DNA from: a virus
Taxonomy: Duplodnaviria > Caudoviricetes
Direction: 5' to 3' (one strand)
IMG/VR virus record: IMGVR_UViG_3300036859_000369
Location: 1-63,656 of that record
Length of the DNA: 63,656 nt
Under the pieces are notes generated by a model that saw only the letters and a program-made list of their open reading frames with translations, was not told the origin of the DNA and did not search any database. Made by a program: the position numbers and the translations under genes. Numbering within the stretch: position 1 is the stretch's first letter; every line of letters starts with the position of its first letter. Positions 46,438 through 56,030 of the stretch are shown piece by piece.

Positions 46438-47613
46438 GTCCTCGGTCGCGGCCGTTGCTGCTGCTTTGTCGCGCTTGCTGGGCCGACCGCGCTTTTTACC
46501 GGCCGGCTTCGGCACCGGCATCAGTGGCTTACCGGCCGGCTTCGGGAGGCTGTCCACGACCTTGCCCAGCCATTCGTACAAGGCGACCGTCCGGGTTACC
46601 GTCAGTCCGGACAGGTTGCTCGCCACCAGGTGGGCGTCAAGGTTGACCAGGTATGGCACGGTACCGAGCACATCCGCGAATGACAGCCCATGTGGTGCCG
46701 TTGTATCGCCTTCGTCCTCCTCATCCGGAGCTACATCCTGGTCAGCCGGTGTAATCACGGTGCCCGACACGGCTGCCGGATCGGCCAGCGTCTCGCCTGC
46801 CTGCTCGGGGCAGTGCGGGCAGGCATCCAGGTCCGGCGAGAAATGGGCGCCACAGTCCAGGCAGTGCTCGACCGGCTCCAGGAATCCCACGTCGGCGCAA
46901 CTGCCGTTCGGGCACTCGTAATACTCGGTACCGGCCGGGATGTCCTCCAGCGCCACCGGCTGCACCCCGACCGGCTCGGACGGCACCGTGGTTGCCCGGC
47001 GTGATCCACTGATCGGCGTCGGTTCGTCGTCATCCTCCTGGGCTGGTCCCTCCAGGTACTCCCGGACGGCTGCCCGCACATCGGCAACCGCCCAGTTTTC
47101 GCGCTCGGCCTGATTGAGGATGTCCTCCGCGACGTCGGCGTGGTCCGGCATCAGTGGGGCGACTGCGACGTGATGCGTAAAGGTCAACTTTTCGCGGCGC
47201 TGCTCAGGCGCAAATTTGCCGCAGATGGACATCAGGTTCTTCAATGAACCGTAGTTCTCGCCTTCGAGAAACTGGCTGTACTTCTGTTCGTACTTCTCGT
47301 TGTCCATGGCAAAGCGCAACAGGTCGCCCCGCCACCACTTGGACATGTCCGCGATGTTGTTGGCCCCGGCGAACGACCTGGACCAGCCGTCCCAGGAGAG
47401 ATTCTCCGGGATGATCGCGGCCGTGGGGGTAAACGTCGTCCGGATGCCCGGCAGACGAATCGGCCCACGGACCAGCGCGCGCCCGGTGCTGTCTGACTGC
47501 TCGGTACCGTCGTCCTGGCCGTCCTGATCGTCTGGTGTGTCGTTCTGGTCGTCCGGCGCCTCCGGGGTGCCCTGTGCCTCTTCGAGCTCGGTCGTATCGA
47601 TTGCCACGATCAT
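46435..47613 (-). CDS. LmbU-like DNA-binding protein with a double zinc ribbon
   Basis: WWRGDLL...RREKLTFTHHVAVA...AERENW...VRAAVR; CLDCG...CPHC; GGAGG RBS. Confidence 0.65.
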   Translation of the reverse strand: MIVAIDTTELEEAQGTPEAPDDQNDTPDDQDGQDDGTEQSDSTGRALVRGPIRLPGIRTTFTPTAAIIPENLSWDGWSRSFAGANNIADMSKWWRGDLLRFAMDNEKYEQKYSQFLEGENYGSLKNLMSICGKFAPEQRREKLTFTHHVAVAPLMPDHADVAEDILNQAERENWAVADVRAAVREYLEGPAQEDDDEPTPISGSRRATTVPSEPVGVQPVALEDIPAGTEYYECPNGSCADVGFLEPVEHCLDCGAHFSPDLDACPHCPEQAGETLADPAAVSGTVITPADQDVAPDEEDEGDTTAPHGLSFADVLGTVPYLVNLDAHLVASNLSGLTVTRTVALYEWLGKVVDSLPKPAGKPLMPVPKPAGKKRGRPSKRDKAAATAATED

Positions 47614-47675
47614 TCCTCCGTTGTGCTGCGTGCCGCGACACCATACCACGGATGGCATCGCGGCACAATCGCCAA

Positions 47676-47897
47676 TTAGTTGCCGGACTGCCTGCGTGCG
47701 GCGATGTCCGATGACATCCGATCCTGTGTCGTGGTCCGCAAACGCCGCAACTGCGTCAGGATCGCATCAAGCTCGACGGCCGAATCGTCATGCCCGAATC
47801 GCTTCAGATCCATGTAGGCCAGCGACAGGACGTCTCTAGCCATCGTCATTCGCGCTTCGATCTGTCCGAGCTCGCGAGCCGTTGCCTTGTCTGCCAT
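47676..47897 (-). CDS. Hypothetical protein
   Basis: AAGGGG RBS. Confidence 0.6.
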   Translation of the reverse strand: MADKATARELGQIEARMTMARDVLSLAYMDLKRFGHDDSAVELDAILTQLRRLRTTTQDRMSSDIAARRQSGN

Positions 47898-47914
47898 CTG
47901 TCCGCCCCTTCGTT

Positions 47915-48076
47915 CTAGTTCGCGCCGCGCGGGCAATCGTCGTTGTGATCCTCCGGCGAACTGACTTCCATCGGCCCCTCGGTGTCCAGGTCAATCGTGA
48001 CGGTTGCGCCACAGTCGGTACATTCGACATTCTCGTATCGGGACCGGATCGAAATCGGTCGGATCTGCCTTGCCAT
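47915..48076 (-). CDS. 53-aa zinc-binding protein, first gene after P3
   Basis: Hand translation MARQIRPISIRSRYENVECTDCG...HNDDCPRGAN; conserved RBS. Confidence 0.6.
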   Translation of the reverse strand: MARQIRPISIRSRYENVECTDCGATVTIDLDTEGPMEVSSPEDHNDDCPRGAN

Positions 48077-48117
48077 CTCGTTACCCCTTCGGCGCCTGCC
48101 GTTCGTGTTCTGTGTCT

Positions 48118-48146
48118 ACCATACCACGGTGGTATGCAGGTGTCAA
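48118..48146 (-). promoter_or_regulatory. sigma70 promoter P3 with operator (heads the RAMP/array operon)
   Basis: TTGACA-17-TATGGT; ATACCACCGTGGTAT. Confidence 0.8.
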
Positions 48147-48192
48147 GGAGTTTTCGAGGCAATTTCTGGCAATCTGCGAAATCCGTGTCCGG

Positions 48193-48756
48193 TCATTCCA
48201 GAATGACGCGGGCGCCTCGGTTCGCCATTGCCACAAGGTACTGGATCGCGGCGCAGTTCTCGCGCCAGTTACGCGGACTCAGTACAGGCACGCCGTTGGC
48301 GTCAAGGATATTCCCGTAAAAACCCGCGTCCTCCGGCCATGGCTGCCGATCGGCCGGACTTGACCACGGCAACGGCGGCAGATCCGGACTGGTCAACAGT
48401 GGGTGTGGTGCCATCCCCCGATCGATGCTCTCGTGCAAGCGGTTGATATCGTCCAGCAGCACCGGCACGAATCCGGCGATATGTGTCACCGGGTCGCCTT
48501 CCGTCAATGCGTCCGGGTGTGTTCTCCGTACGGCGTTCGTGCTGCACCACTCGCGCATGGACGCGCGGTCACTCCCAGTCAGGAAAACGCGCGATCGATA
48601 CGCCTGCACGATCTCGTTGCGAACGTCGGCACCAGTGTACACCGGTGCGTCCGCGTCGAATACCATCCGGTCCAGAATCGCGCTCGTTGCCTTGAAACCT
48701 TCGGGTGTTTCCGACCACGCGCGGATATGGTCCGCTTCGCTGTCTGTGCCTGCCAT
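48193..48756 (-). CDS. Hypothetical protein
   Basis: AAGGGGTAC RBS; ends in a GTCATT palindrome. Confidence 0.6.
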   Translation of the reverse strand: MAGTDSEADHIRAWSETPEGFKATSAILDRMVFDADAPVYTGADVRNEIVQAYRSRVFLTGSDRASMREWCSTNAVRRTHPDALTEGDPVTHIAGFVPVLLDDINRLHESIDRGMAPHPLLTSPDLPPLPWSSPADRQPWPEDAGFYGNILDANGVPVLSPRNWRENCAAIQYLVAMANRGARVILE

Positions 48757-48768
48757 CGGTGTACCCCT

Positions 48769-49587
48769 TCAGTGTGCGTGCGGGATATCCCGGAGATCCG
48801 GACCGTCCATCTCAATCGGTTCAGCCATCCGCTTGACCCGGCCCCAGATGCGCGGCCCGAAATACTCGGCCATTTCGGCGTGTCCGTGCTCGTCTACGGT
48901 CGCCAGGTTGCTCGTAATGATGGTCGGCAGATGGTGGTCGTGCCGGTACCCCAGGATTTCGTACAGGAATTCGCCAACCCAATCCTTTGGCACTTCTGTG
49001 CCCATGTCGTCCAGGAACAACCAGCGCACGGCTCGCAGTGACTTACGCAACGCTTCCTGTTCCTCGGAATTGCCAAACGTCGCCCGCACATCCGCCAGCA
49101 ACGACGGCACCGTCCGGAACAGAACGGACTCGCCGCGCTCGGCCAGTTCGGCCGCCATGCCGCCGGCCAGGGTGGTTTTCCCTCTCCCGCTCGGACCATA
49201 CAGCAACAGCCAGTGATGACTGTCGTGGTCCACCTTCGGATCGTCAAGCCAGCGGACCGCTCGTCTGACGGCCGCATGGTCCGGATGCTCTCGCCACGGA
49301 TAGGTCCGGTACTCCGGCGGCAGTTGCGCCTCTCCGAACCTCCGGCGGATCGCTCGCTGCACCCGCTCCTGGCCAGCCGGGCACGCGCATTCGACGGTCT
49401 GCCCGAATCGGTCGTCCGTGGGTGGCACATCCAGCCGGAGTAGCCCGACCCCGAGACACCGGATGCATGTCGCTTCGTCCGGCTGGTAGTCATCATCGGG
49501 CCGGGGGTTGATCGTGACATACCGGGCAACCCAGTCGGCCGCCTGATCCGGTGTCAGCTTCGAAATGACCGCCCCGACCTTCCTCAT
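48769..49587 (-). CDS. DnaC/IstB-like AAA+ ATPase (helicase loader)
   Basis: GPSGRGKT, LFLDDMGTE, PTIITSNL, N-terminal Zn motif. Confidence 0.92.
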   Translation of the reverse strand: MRKVGAVISKLTPDQAADWVARYVTINPRPDDDYQPDEATCIRCLGVGLLRLDVPPTDDRFGQTVECACPAGQERVQRAIRRRFGEAQLPPEYRTYPWREHPDHAAVRRAVRWLDDPKVDHDSHHWLLLYGPSGRGKTTLAGGMAAELAERGESVLFRTVPSLLADVRATFGNSEEQEALRKSLRAVRWLFLDDMGTEVPKDWVGEFLYEILGYRHDHHLPTIITSNLATVDEHGHAEMAEYFGPRIWGRVKRMAEPIEMDGPDLRDIPHAH

Positions 49588-50999
49588 ATCCCGCGCTCCC
49601 GGCCCTCTGCTTCGATCTCAGCCAGAATCTCGGCTTTGATCGCCTGTTCCCGCGCTTTCATCCGCTTGATGTTCTCGTATTCGGACGGGGCGAGCTGTCC
49701 GCCCATCCGGAATCGGTCGCCTGGCCGCCCCTGTTGCGTGCCCCCACGTGCAGGTGCACCCGCGTGCCCGTTCGTCTGTTTCGGCCGACCTTGCACGACC
49801 CATGCCGTGTAATCGTTGATCCGATCACAGATATACCACACAGAGAGATTGCCCTGCACGCCATTGCCGCCCCACTCACGTCGGTATGCGGCAATGTAGG
49901 CGGCTGCGATCGCCTCGGCATCGGCCCCGCATTTCTTCACAGCACCCGCGTCCCGGGCTGATGGGGTGTACGGCACATCGGCCGCGCGGATACCGTCGAT
50001 CACAGCGGCATATTTGTTGGGTGTCTTTTCGGGGGGTGCTGCGCGTCGATTCTGGACGCCTGATTTCGTGGGGGGTGTACTTTGACGCAACCGGGGCACC
50101 GGACGCGCCTGACGCGCCGCTCCGGGGCTCTGGAGGGCACTCCTGACCTTCCGTGTCAACCACGGTTTGGCCGGGTCTGGCCCCGGGGTGGCTAATTGAG
50201 ACTGATTCTCACGTGGACTAGCCAGAGGTCCTGACGGTTCTTTCACTAAGGCAGGTGGTGTGTCGGTCGCCGGTTCGATCAGTTGTTTGGCATATGGACC
50301 CAGGATGATGTCAGACCACGCGGCTAAACTGTTTTCTTCGGTTTTGACCGATGGCGTCCGATCCGGAATGAGCGTAGCGAATGTAGGATCGGAACGGGGG
50401 TCCGGGGGCAGCGCCCCCGAAGTACCTTCTACTTTTTCTTGTAATACTATTCTTTGTGACCGTACAGTTTTGCTGGTCCCCCCTCCGTACAGTTTTGCTG
50501 GTCCCCCCTCCTGGTCATTTTCGGGGGGGACCGTACCGTTTTGCTGGTCCGGGTAGGCAAAACTTTCCGGAGCATCGGAAACATGCAAACTGTATCGAGT
50601 CGGAAGGCTCCCGCCATCGGGCGCCGTCATGGTCGTGGCGCGAATCATGCCCATGGATCTCAGGTCGCGAATGGCTTGCAACAGCGACCGCTCAGACAGG
50701 CCAGTCCCGTGGTCTAATCGAGTGCCGTCCCTCCGAGTGATGCCGTGCATCAGTTGATCTAAACTGATGGTGTCGCCGTCAGGCTGTCCGAATCCGTAGG
50801 TGCGCCGTGTGATGTAGAGAATCACGCGCAATTGAGACAGCGTAAGCGATACCATCCACTGATCGATGATCGTGTTTGGGACCGGCGTCGTATTCGGCGC
50901 GGTCAACCATTTCGGCGCACCATCCGTCTCACCCGTCACGTATTCCGGCGATTCTTCGCGGACACGGCGCGGCGCGGATGTGCTAAACTGTCTACGCAT
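49584..50999 (-). CDS. Replication initiator (lambda O-like N-terminal domain)
   Basis: PNTTPVPN.IID...LRVILYITRRTYGF...ISLDQL..GTGLS; upstream of the DnaC-like gene. Confidence 0.8.
   Translation of the reverse strand: MRRQFSTSAPRRVREESPEYVTGETDGAPKWLTAPNTTPVPNTIIDQWMVSLTLSQLRVILYITRRTYGFGQPDGDTISLDQLMHGITRRDGTRLDHGTGLSERSLLQAIRDLRSMGMIRATTMTAPDGGSLPTRYSLHVSDAPESFAYPDQQNGTVPPENDQEGGPAKLYGGGTSKTVRSQRIVLQEKVEGTSGALPPDPRSDPTFATLIPDRTPSVKTEENSLAAWSDIILGPYAKQLIEPATDTPPALVKEPSGPLASPRENQSQLATPGPDPAKPWLTRKVRSALQSPGAARQARPVPRLRQSTPPTKSGVQNRRAAPPEKTPNKYAAVIDGIRAADVPYTPSARDAGAVKKCGADAEAIAAAYIAAYRREWGGNGVQGNLSVWYICDRINDYTAWVVQGRPKQTNGHAGAPARGGTQQGRPGDRFRMGGQLAPSEYENIKRMKAREQAIKAEILAEIEAEGRERGI
50427..50550. 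repeat. Putative replication origin: iterons plus AT-rich tract inside the initiator gene
   Basis: ccgtacagttttgctggtcccccct twice in tandem (50460, 50485), a third variant at 50531, AT-rich 50427-50459. Confidence 0.7.
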
Positions 51000-51092
51000 C
51001 GAGCCAACCTCCCAGATAATCTCGATGCCGTGCCCAGAACGTTGACAGCGTTGCTGGGCATTTTCTATGGCATCGCGGCAGTATAGCACGGT

Positions 51093-51656
51093 CTAGCGCG
51101 TCACCTTCCGTGTTGTCATCGTTCGGCACGGTAACAGCGATTGCGGCATATCGGCCGGGTGCATCTGCACAGCTACGAGCCCGGCTTTCGTCCGGCTCTG
51201 ACATGCGGCACAGTCCGGCAATATCAGGTCTATACCTGCGTGCATAGGGCAGTATGCCGGTTCGAATCCAGCACGGTAGTAGCACCTGCCGGGGTCGCGC
51301 TTGCGCCGCGTCTTTGTGGTGTCGATGAACGTAACGAGCCCCAGGTCCGGCGGATGGGGCCAGATTGATCGCGTCACGGCTATGGCATCACGGACCAGCG
51401 TGGATGACAGGATATCGGATTCGTTCCGAAACAGTGAATTGACCCACGCGCCGGCCCATGCGTGGCGAACGTAGGCGGCAAACGGCCACGACGTAACCCA
51501 GAGCGCCCGGCCGTCGCGCGACAGCAGTGTGACACAGCGCCCCGGTGGTACAAACCTCTGACTACCGACTTTCTGTCGGTTGTAGTGACGATCCGCAATC
51601 GCCCGCGCGTCCGCCGCGCTAGAATGCGAGAGTGTCCAGTATCTCGACTCTGTCAC
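51093..51656 (-). CDS. Putative Mom-like/GNAT-fold DNA modification protein
   Basis: ADRHY.R...LFRNES...SS.LV...LVTFID....PG.CY.RAGF. Confidence 0.5.
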   Translation of the reverse strand: MTESRYWTLSHSSAADARAIADRHYNRQKVGSQRFVPPGRCVTLLSRDGRALWVTSWPFAAYVRHAWAGAWVNSLFRNESDILSSTLVRDAIAVTRSIWPHPPDLGLVTFIDTTKTRRKRDPGRCYYRAGFEPAYCPMHAGIDLILPDCAACQSRTKAGLVAVQMHPADMPQSLLPCRTMTTRKVTR

Positions 51657-51850
51657 TGTGGAGTCACCCAGACGGACGCATTATTCGGATCGGTCGGCAC
51701 GATCACACCGGCCGTATTGAGTGCGCACAGGATGGACGGAGAAATCATACGAGCGGCGACGCCGTCGTCTAGGTAGGCTTCGCCGTGCCAGCAGTAGATG
51801 GCAGCGTCCGGATTACTTCGGAGAATCTTGCGGACCTGTGCCTGCGTCAT
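51653..51850 (-). CDS. Hypothetical protein
   Basis: First gene after P4, conserved RBS. Confidence 0.6.
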   Translation of the reverse strand: MTQAQVRKILRSNPDAAIYCWHGEAYLDDGVAARMISPSILCALNTAGVIVPTDPNNASVWVTPQ

Positions 51851-51881
51851 CTCGGTACCCCCTTGCGTGTGATCTATGGTC

Positions 51882-51910
51882 ACTATACCACCGTGGTATA
51901 GTGCTGTCAA
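51882..51910 (-). promoter_or_regulatory. sigma70 promoter P4 with operator
   Basis: TTGACA-17-TATAGT; TATACCACGGTGGTATA. Confidence 0.85.
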
Positions 51911-51942
51911 GGGGTTTCCGGGGCAATTTCCAAAAGTCGTGG

Positions 51943-52182
51943 TCATTCCAAAATGACCGGTGGAACGTACCGATCCGCCCGCCAGCGTCCGAGCGCCCGT
52001 TGCGCCAGCCCCATAGCGTACGCGCTGGTTGGGGCGCCTGCCAGGATCTCTAGCGCGGCGGCGCATTCTCTCAGAATGTCGATCGATCGCTCCGGATTGT
52101 CCCAATGCTGGTCGCATGCCTCGGTTGCCACGACCGTCAGTCCGTTATCAGTCAACTGCCCGCAGAATCGGCACGGACTCAT
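51943..52182 (-). CDS. Hypothetical protein
   Basis: CRFCG; ends in a GTCATT palindrome. Confidence 0.55.
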   Translation of the reverse strand: MSPCRFCGQLTDNGLTVVATEACDQHWDNPERSIDILRECAAALEILAGAPTSAYAMGLAQRALGRWRADRYVPPVILE

Positions 52183-52279
52183 GAGTGTGCCCGTATCTGC
52201 CAGTGGATCAATACGGTTTGACCGACAATTACGACCAGCAGAATGATGATCGTCAGAATAGCAAGCATGCGACTCTCAC

Positions 52280-52768
52280 TCATCGCCGATTGCCTCCATT
52301 CGGAAACTGGATGTGCACGTGCACCTGTTTCCATGCCTGCCGGGCCAGTCTGACCGTCTGCCAGGTGCCTGACCGCAACGACTTGCCAGCATGCTCCGGG
52401 AATTCGGGCACCGCGAACAGGTCACACGTCGCCAGTACCACGATACGGGCGTTCCGGTCTGGGTACGTCGTTCCGGGCGGCATCTCTTCGTAGGTCGTGC
52501 AGTGCTCGCGCCAGTGCGGGTCAACGCGGCTCCGGTCGGCCGGCAGGATGGTATGGACGTGTAGTCCGAGTGCATGCGCCTTTTTGGCCACGTAGGCATC
52601 CGTGCCGACACATCCGCCCGTAATAATCCAGACGGCCGAGTGCAGCTTTTCTAGCGCGGCGTCGACGTGGCGTTTCGCGTCGTCGGTGATGCGACGCGAT
52701 CCCGTCCAACCAACACCGGTCCAACCCTGCCCGGTCGGTCGGATCATCGCCGGTGCGTTCGCCATCAT
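52280..52768 (-). CDS. SLOG-superfamily (DprA/YspA-like) nucleotide-binding protein
   Basis: VGWTGSR...ITGGCVGTD...RNARIV...SGTWQTVRLA. Confidence 0.7.
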   Translation of the reverse strand: MMANAPAMIRPTGQGWTGVGWTGSRRITDDAKRHVDAALEKLHSAVWIITGGCVGTDAYVAKKAHALGLHVHTILPADRSRVDPHWREHCTTYEEMPPGTTYPDRNARIVVLATCDLFAVPEFPEHAGKSLRSGTWQTVRLARQAWKQVHVHIQFPNGGNRR

Positions 52769-52769
52769 G

Positions 52770-53774
52770 TCACCCGGTCCATATCAGCCAGCTCTGGAAG
52801 GGATCGACCATCAGGAGTCCGCCAGAACGGGTGTCGATCTCTCTTCCTGTGAATCGGTCCCACAGTCGGCCATACCCGGCCCAGTTGTAGAGTCCATGTC
52901 CGTTGCCGGTGTTGACGACGATGAGCCCGCGAGCGAAATGCCGCACCCAGACGGTGTCGTTGATCCGCTGGTATGTGCCCAATGGCGGGCCGAGCTCACG
53001 AACGTTATGCCAGTCATCCTCCCAATGCACCAGGAGGTTTAGTGGCTCGGTATACACGTCCCAGGCATAGTACGGAACGAACGGATGCAATCCATAATGC
53101 GTGTATGGTGGTTCCATAGCAAGCAGGTACACGCCGAAATGGAATCGGTGATCGTCTATGATCGCCTGTGGACTTGATTCGTTCGGTGGTGGATCACCGG
53201 TCAGAATAGCCGTTCTCGGCAACACGAACCAGTGGACCTCTCGCCGCTTCGTCGTGACGGCTGTTACCGCATCGAGCGCGTTCTGCAAGTAGACAGGATT
53301 CGCCTTGCACCGGTGCGGCATCTCAAACAACATGCCGGAAGCATACTCGGCTGCATTGACCCGGGCATACCCCAGCGCCCCATGCATCTCTCCGGGGGCA
53401 ATGCCGTTGACGATGTAGGTAAAGCCTTCCTCTTCCAGTCGGTAGCGGATCGAGTCGGTTGACGTGGTCAACGCCTCCTCCCACCACGCAGTTGTGTGGG
53501 CCGGACCCTCTCGGCAACCGATATCTGGATTCCCGTACCACTCCTGACCCATGTTTCGGACGTGGGATGCCCACTCGTTCGGCGCGAACGAGTCTGCCGC
53601 TATGCCGTGCCAGCCTTTGGTACGCAGGAATTCTGCATACCGGTCGGCCAGATCCCATACAACCGTCTTGCTCATGTGATTGATGAGCTTGCCAGGATCG
53701 GGTTTCTCGACGGGGCGGCCGTCCGGGAAGTGCAACTGAAAGTCATCTCGAATCCATGGGTAGGCCATGTCCAT
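52770..53774 (-). CDS. Putative glycoside hydrolase-like protein
   Basis: WHGIAAD; LGPPLG...VWVRHFARGLIVVN C-terminal motif. Confidence 0.5.
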   Translation of the reverse strand: MDMAYPWIRDDFQLHFPDGRPVEKPDPGKLINHMSKTVVWDLADRYAEFLRTKGWHGIAADSFAPNEWASHVRNMGQEWYGNPDIGCREGPAHTTAWWEEALTTSTDSIRYRLEEEGFTYIVNGIAPGEMHGALGYARVNAAEYASGMLFEMPHRCKANPVYLQNALDAVTAVTTKRREVHWFVLPRTAILTGDPPPNESSPQAIIDDHRFHFGVYLLAMEPPYTHYGLHPFVPYYAWDVYTEPLNLLVHWEDDWHNVRELGPPLGTYQRINDTVWVRHFARGLIVVNTGNGHGLYNWAGYGRLWDRFTGREIDTRSGGLLMVDPFQSWLIWTG

Positions 53775-53777
53775 CGT

Positions 53778-54011
53778 TCACTGGGCGGCTACTCCGCCCA
53801 TGAACCAGCCGGTTTTGTGATTCGGATTGATACTCCTGAGACGATTCGACAGCGTCACGAACGCTGCATAATCAACACTCCCATCAGGCAGAAACGGTCC
53901 ATTTGGGGAGCTCAGGTAGCCCCAATCGTACCGGGCTGCATTGGCGGCCTGAGCATCCGATAAGACGTGATGCGCGACCGGAACCCAGAGCAGAAACATC
54001 GTCTGTGTCAC
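53778..54011 (-). CDS. Hypothetical protein
   Basis: GGAG RBS; possibly the detached N-terminal part of the downstream hydrolase. Confidence 0.45.
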   Translation of the reverse strand: MTQTMFLLWVPVAHHVLSDAQAANAARYDWGYLSSPNGPFLPDGSVDYAAFVTLSNRLRSINPNHKTGWFMGGVAAQ

Positions 54012-54029
54012 GGGGGAATCTCCTGTGGC

Positions 54030-54485
54030 TCAGTCGTCGTCGGTCAGGTCGTTCGCGATCAACACCTGTTGATGGGTAGACGACAGGAAGTCCGCCAACC
54101 CCTCTAAGGCCGCCTCGCGGGTCGGGTAGGTGTCCTCGGATTCGTAACAGATATACGCGAATGTCCAGACGCCCTCATCGGCATCGTACTCTACCGACCA
54201 TGCCCGGTCAGATACGTTCGGGTGCGGCACCCGTAGCCATGGGTCCAGTTCTTCGTCTGTCCCACGGGCCACGATCGGGCCGGGCGGCCCCTGCCTCGGT
54301 TCGTCTTGATTGCACGTCCGGACCTTCCAGGTGTCGGATGGGCTAAATCCGATCGACATCACATCAGATGGCATCTCACACAGCATGCCGAGTAGCCGAA
54401 TTCGAGCATTGCCGGCCGCTCCCTGCGGCGTATCACCATGCGCGACAAGCTCGATCCCGTTCCCCATGTGGACCAGGTATCGCAT
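54030..54485 (-). CDS. Hypothetical protein
   Basis: Start at MRYLVH, adjacent to the upstream stop. Confidence 0.55.
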   Translation of the reverse strand: MRYLVHMGNGIELVAHGDTPQGAAGNARIRLLGMLCEMPSDVMSIGFSPSDTWKVRTCNQDEPRQGPPGPIVARGTDEELDPWLRVPHPNVSDRAWSVEYDADEGVWTFAYICYESEDTYPTREAALEGLADFLSSTHQQVLIANDLTDDD

Positions 54486-54487
54486 GG

Positions 54488-54700
54488 CTACCCTGCCTTC
54501 CTGGGGCCGGCCGCTCGCCCCTCCAGTGAACGCAAGCGCGTGTCCAGCCATTCCGATCGCGCTTGCGTGATGCGGATACTGTCGTTCTCCCAGCGGGCGA
54601 TATGCGCCTGCCGGGCCGGATCGTTCCAGAGTCGCTCGGCTAACTCTGTCTGCGTCATTCCGAGCGCCACGCGTCGCCGGCGTAGTTCTTTTCCGGTCAT
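54488..54700 (-). CDS. XRE/Cro-like HTH regulator
   Basis: ELRRRRVALGMTQTELAERL...IARWEN. Confidence 0.85.
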   Translation of the reverse strand: MTGKELRRRRVALGMTQTELAERLWNDPARQAHIARWENDSIRITQARSEWLDTRLRSLEGRAAGPRKAG

Positions 54701-54897
54701 GTATCACCCCCTGTCGTCAATAGGCACTCTGCCGCCGCGAGTACGGCATCGTTGGCCGCTTCCATGTCGTTCGCCGCCTCGATGTACGCCTGAGACGAAT
54801 AGTCAAGGTCCGGAGCAGCGATAAGCGCGTTATACACCCGTACTCGCTGGGCGTATACCTTCCACGCTTTTAGTGCCGCCTTTTCGTGGTCGTTCAT
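54697..54897 (-). CDS. Hypothetical protein
   Basis: Coupled overlap. Confidence 0.55.
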   Translation of the reverse strand: MNDHEKAALKAWKVYAQRVRVYNALIAAPDLDYSSQAYIEAANDMEAANDAVLAAAECLLTTGGDT

Positions 54898-54902
54898 GAC
54901 AC

Positions 54903-55178
54903 CTACGGTTCATCGCAATACAACGATTCCTGATACGATTCGGTTGCCGATCGTTCCATCCGCTCGACATCATCAGGGCTGAACGTGTGCCCCTCGGAGC
55001 ATTGCTGATCGTCGGCACTCATCATGAGATAGATCCAGGTCTGGTATGACCCATCCGCATACGGGCCGTTCTCGCCCTCTTCAGTGAAATAAGTGACTTC
55101 GCCTTCGCATTCATCCACCGGACAGTCCCGTTGGATCTCTTCCTGCCTATACATGCTGGCCTCCTGAGTGGCCGACAT
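54903..55178 (-). CDS. Acidic hypothetical protein
   Basis: Start may be the internal Met. Confidence 0.5.
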   Translation of the reverse strand: MSATQEASMYRQEEIQRDCPVDECEGEVTYFTEEGENGPYADGSYQTWIYLMMSADDQQCSEGHTFSPDDVERMERSATESYQESLYCDEP

Positions 55179-55368
55179 AGAACCAGTTATCTAACTCGCC
55201 CGGTGAGTCGGCGGAACCACCATTCGTGGGTCCAGTAGTGCCGCCAGTAACGTAGCCACGTCCCCAGTCTGGAGCTGTCCCCCAGGAAGAGGTAGCACAC
55301 TCCACAGTACAGGTCGTACATCAGTCCTCCAGTGGCGAACATTCGGGTGCTTATGTCGGTCGCCCCGC

Positions 55369-55674
55369 CTATCGACCTGTCTGCCACAGTCGCCGCACGA
55401 CTGCATCCACATCGACATCCGGAACATGCTCGACCGTTGCTTCCGTGTAGATATCGGCGCACATACCCTGCCGGCCGATAAACACGGAACAGCCGTCGCC
55501 TGTGCGCTTGACTACCAGGTAGCACCGTCCGGTGTCACTGACGAACGGCGGCCGGTTGACCTGCCACTGCACGCGATCACCAGTCAAGGTGTACCGGTCT
55601 TTACCGCGCGCCCCGATCAGTCGTACCGTTTCGGATGACACCAGATCGGCCACCGGTGCCTGTGTCGTTTCCAT
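55369..55674 (-). CDS. Hypothetical protein
   Basis: AGGAG RBS. Confidence 0.55.
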   Translation of the reverse strand: METTQAPVADLVSSETVRLIGARGKDRYTLTGDRVQWQVNRPPFVSDTGRCYLVVKRTGDGCSVFIGRQGMCADIYTEATVEHVPDVDVDAVVRRLWQTGR

Positions 55675-55723
55675 TTTCGTACTCCTGTGTGTGATGGGGG
55701 CCGAGTTATCAGCCCCCACGGTG

Positions 55724-55927
55724 TTAGCGGACTGGTCGGCACAAAGCCGGGTCCGCGCGCCGGGTCCCGGCGTCCAGCTTTGCCCCGATTTCTCGGAGCT
55801 GGACGCCGCGCTCGGGATCGATGTCGAGAACGCGGGTGATTGCCCCGAAATCCTCGACTATGTCCCCGACCTTCGGCGACCAGTCAGCCAGGACCGTGTA
55901 GTCAGGGAGTGCGAGCGGTGTATACAT
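55724..55927 (-). CDS. Hypothetical protein
   Basis: First gene after P5, conserved RBS. Confidence 0.6.
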   Translation of the reverse strand: MYTPLALPDYTVLADWSPKVGDIVEDFGAITRVLDIDPERGVQLREIGAKLDAGTRRADPALCRPVR

Positions 55928-55968
55928 CTCGGTACCCCTTTTGGCGAGACTGTCCGCCCCGCACCCAG

Positions 55969-55997
55969 ACTATACCACGGTGGTATTAGACTGCCAA
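55969..55997 (-). promoter_or_regulatory. sigma70 promoter P5 with operator
   Basis: TTGGCA-17-TATAGT; ATACCACCGTGGTAT. Confidence 0.8.
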
Positions 55998-56030
55998 GGG
56001 GGTTTTCGGGTGAATATCAGAAAGTCGCGG

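Noticed and set aside
41290-46646. R/P/T-rich ORFs over the periodic tracts (e.g. 41290-41601, 43337-43792, 43437-43796, 44509-44721)
   Set aside because: The 4-residue pattern appears in all frames as a by-product of C every 4 nt; phase slips ignore codon frame, and I saw no convincing RBS
49553-49569. Degenerate GTCATT palindrome (gtcagcttcgaaatgac)
   Set aside because: Needs several changes and lies inside a coding region; not counted
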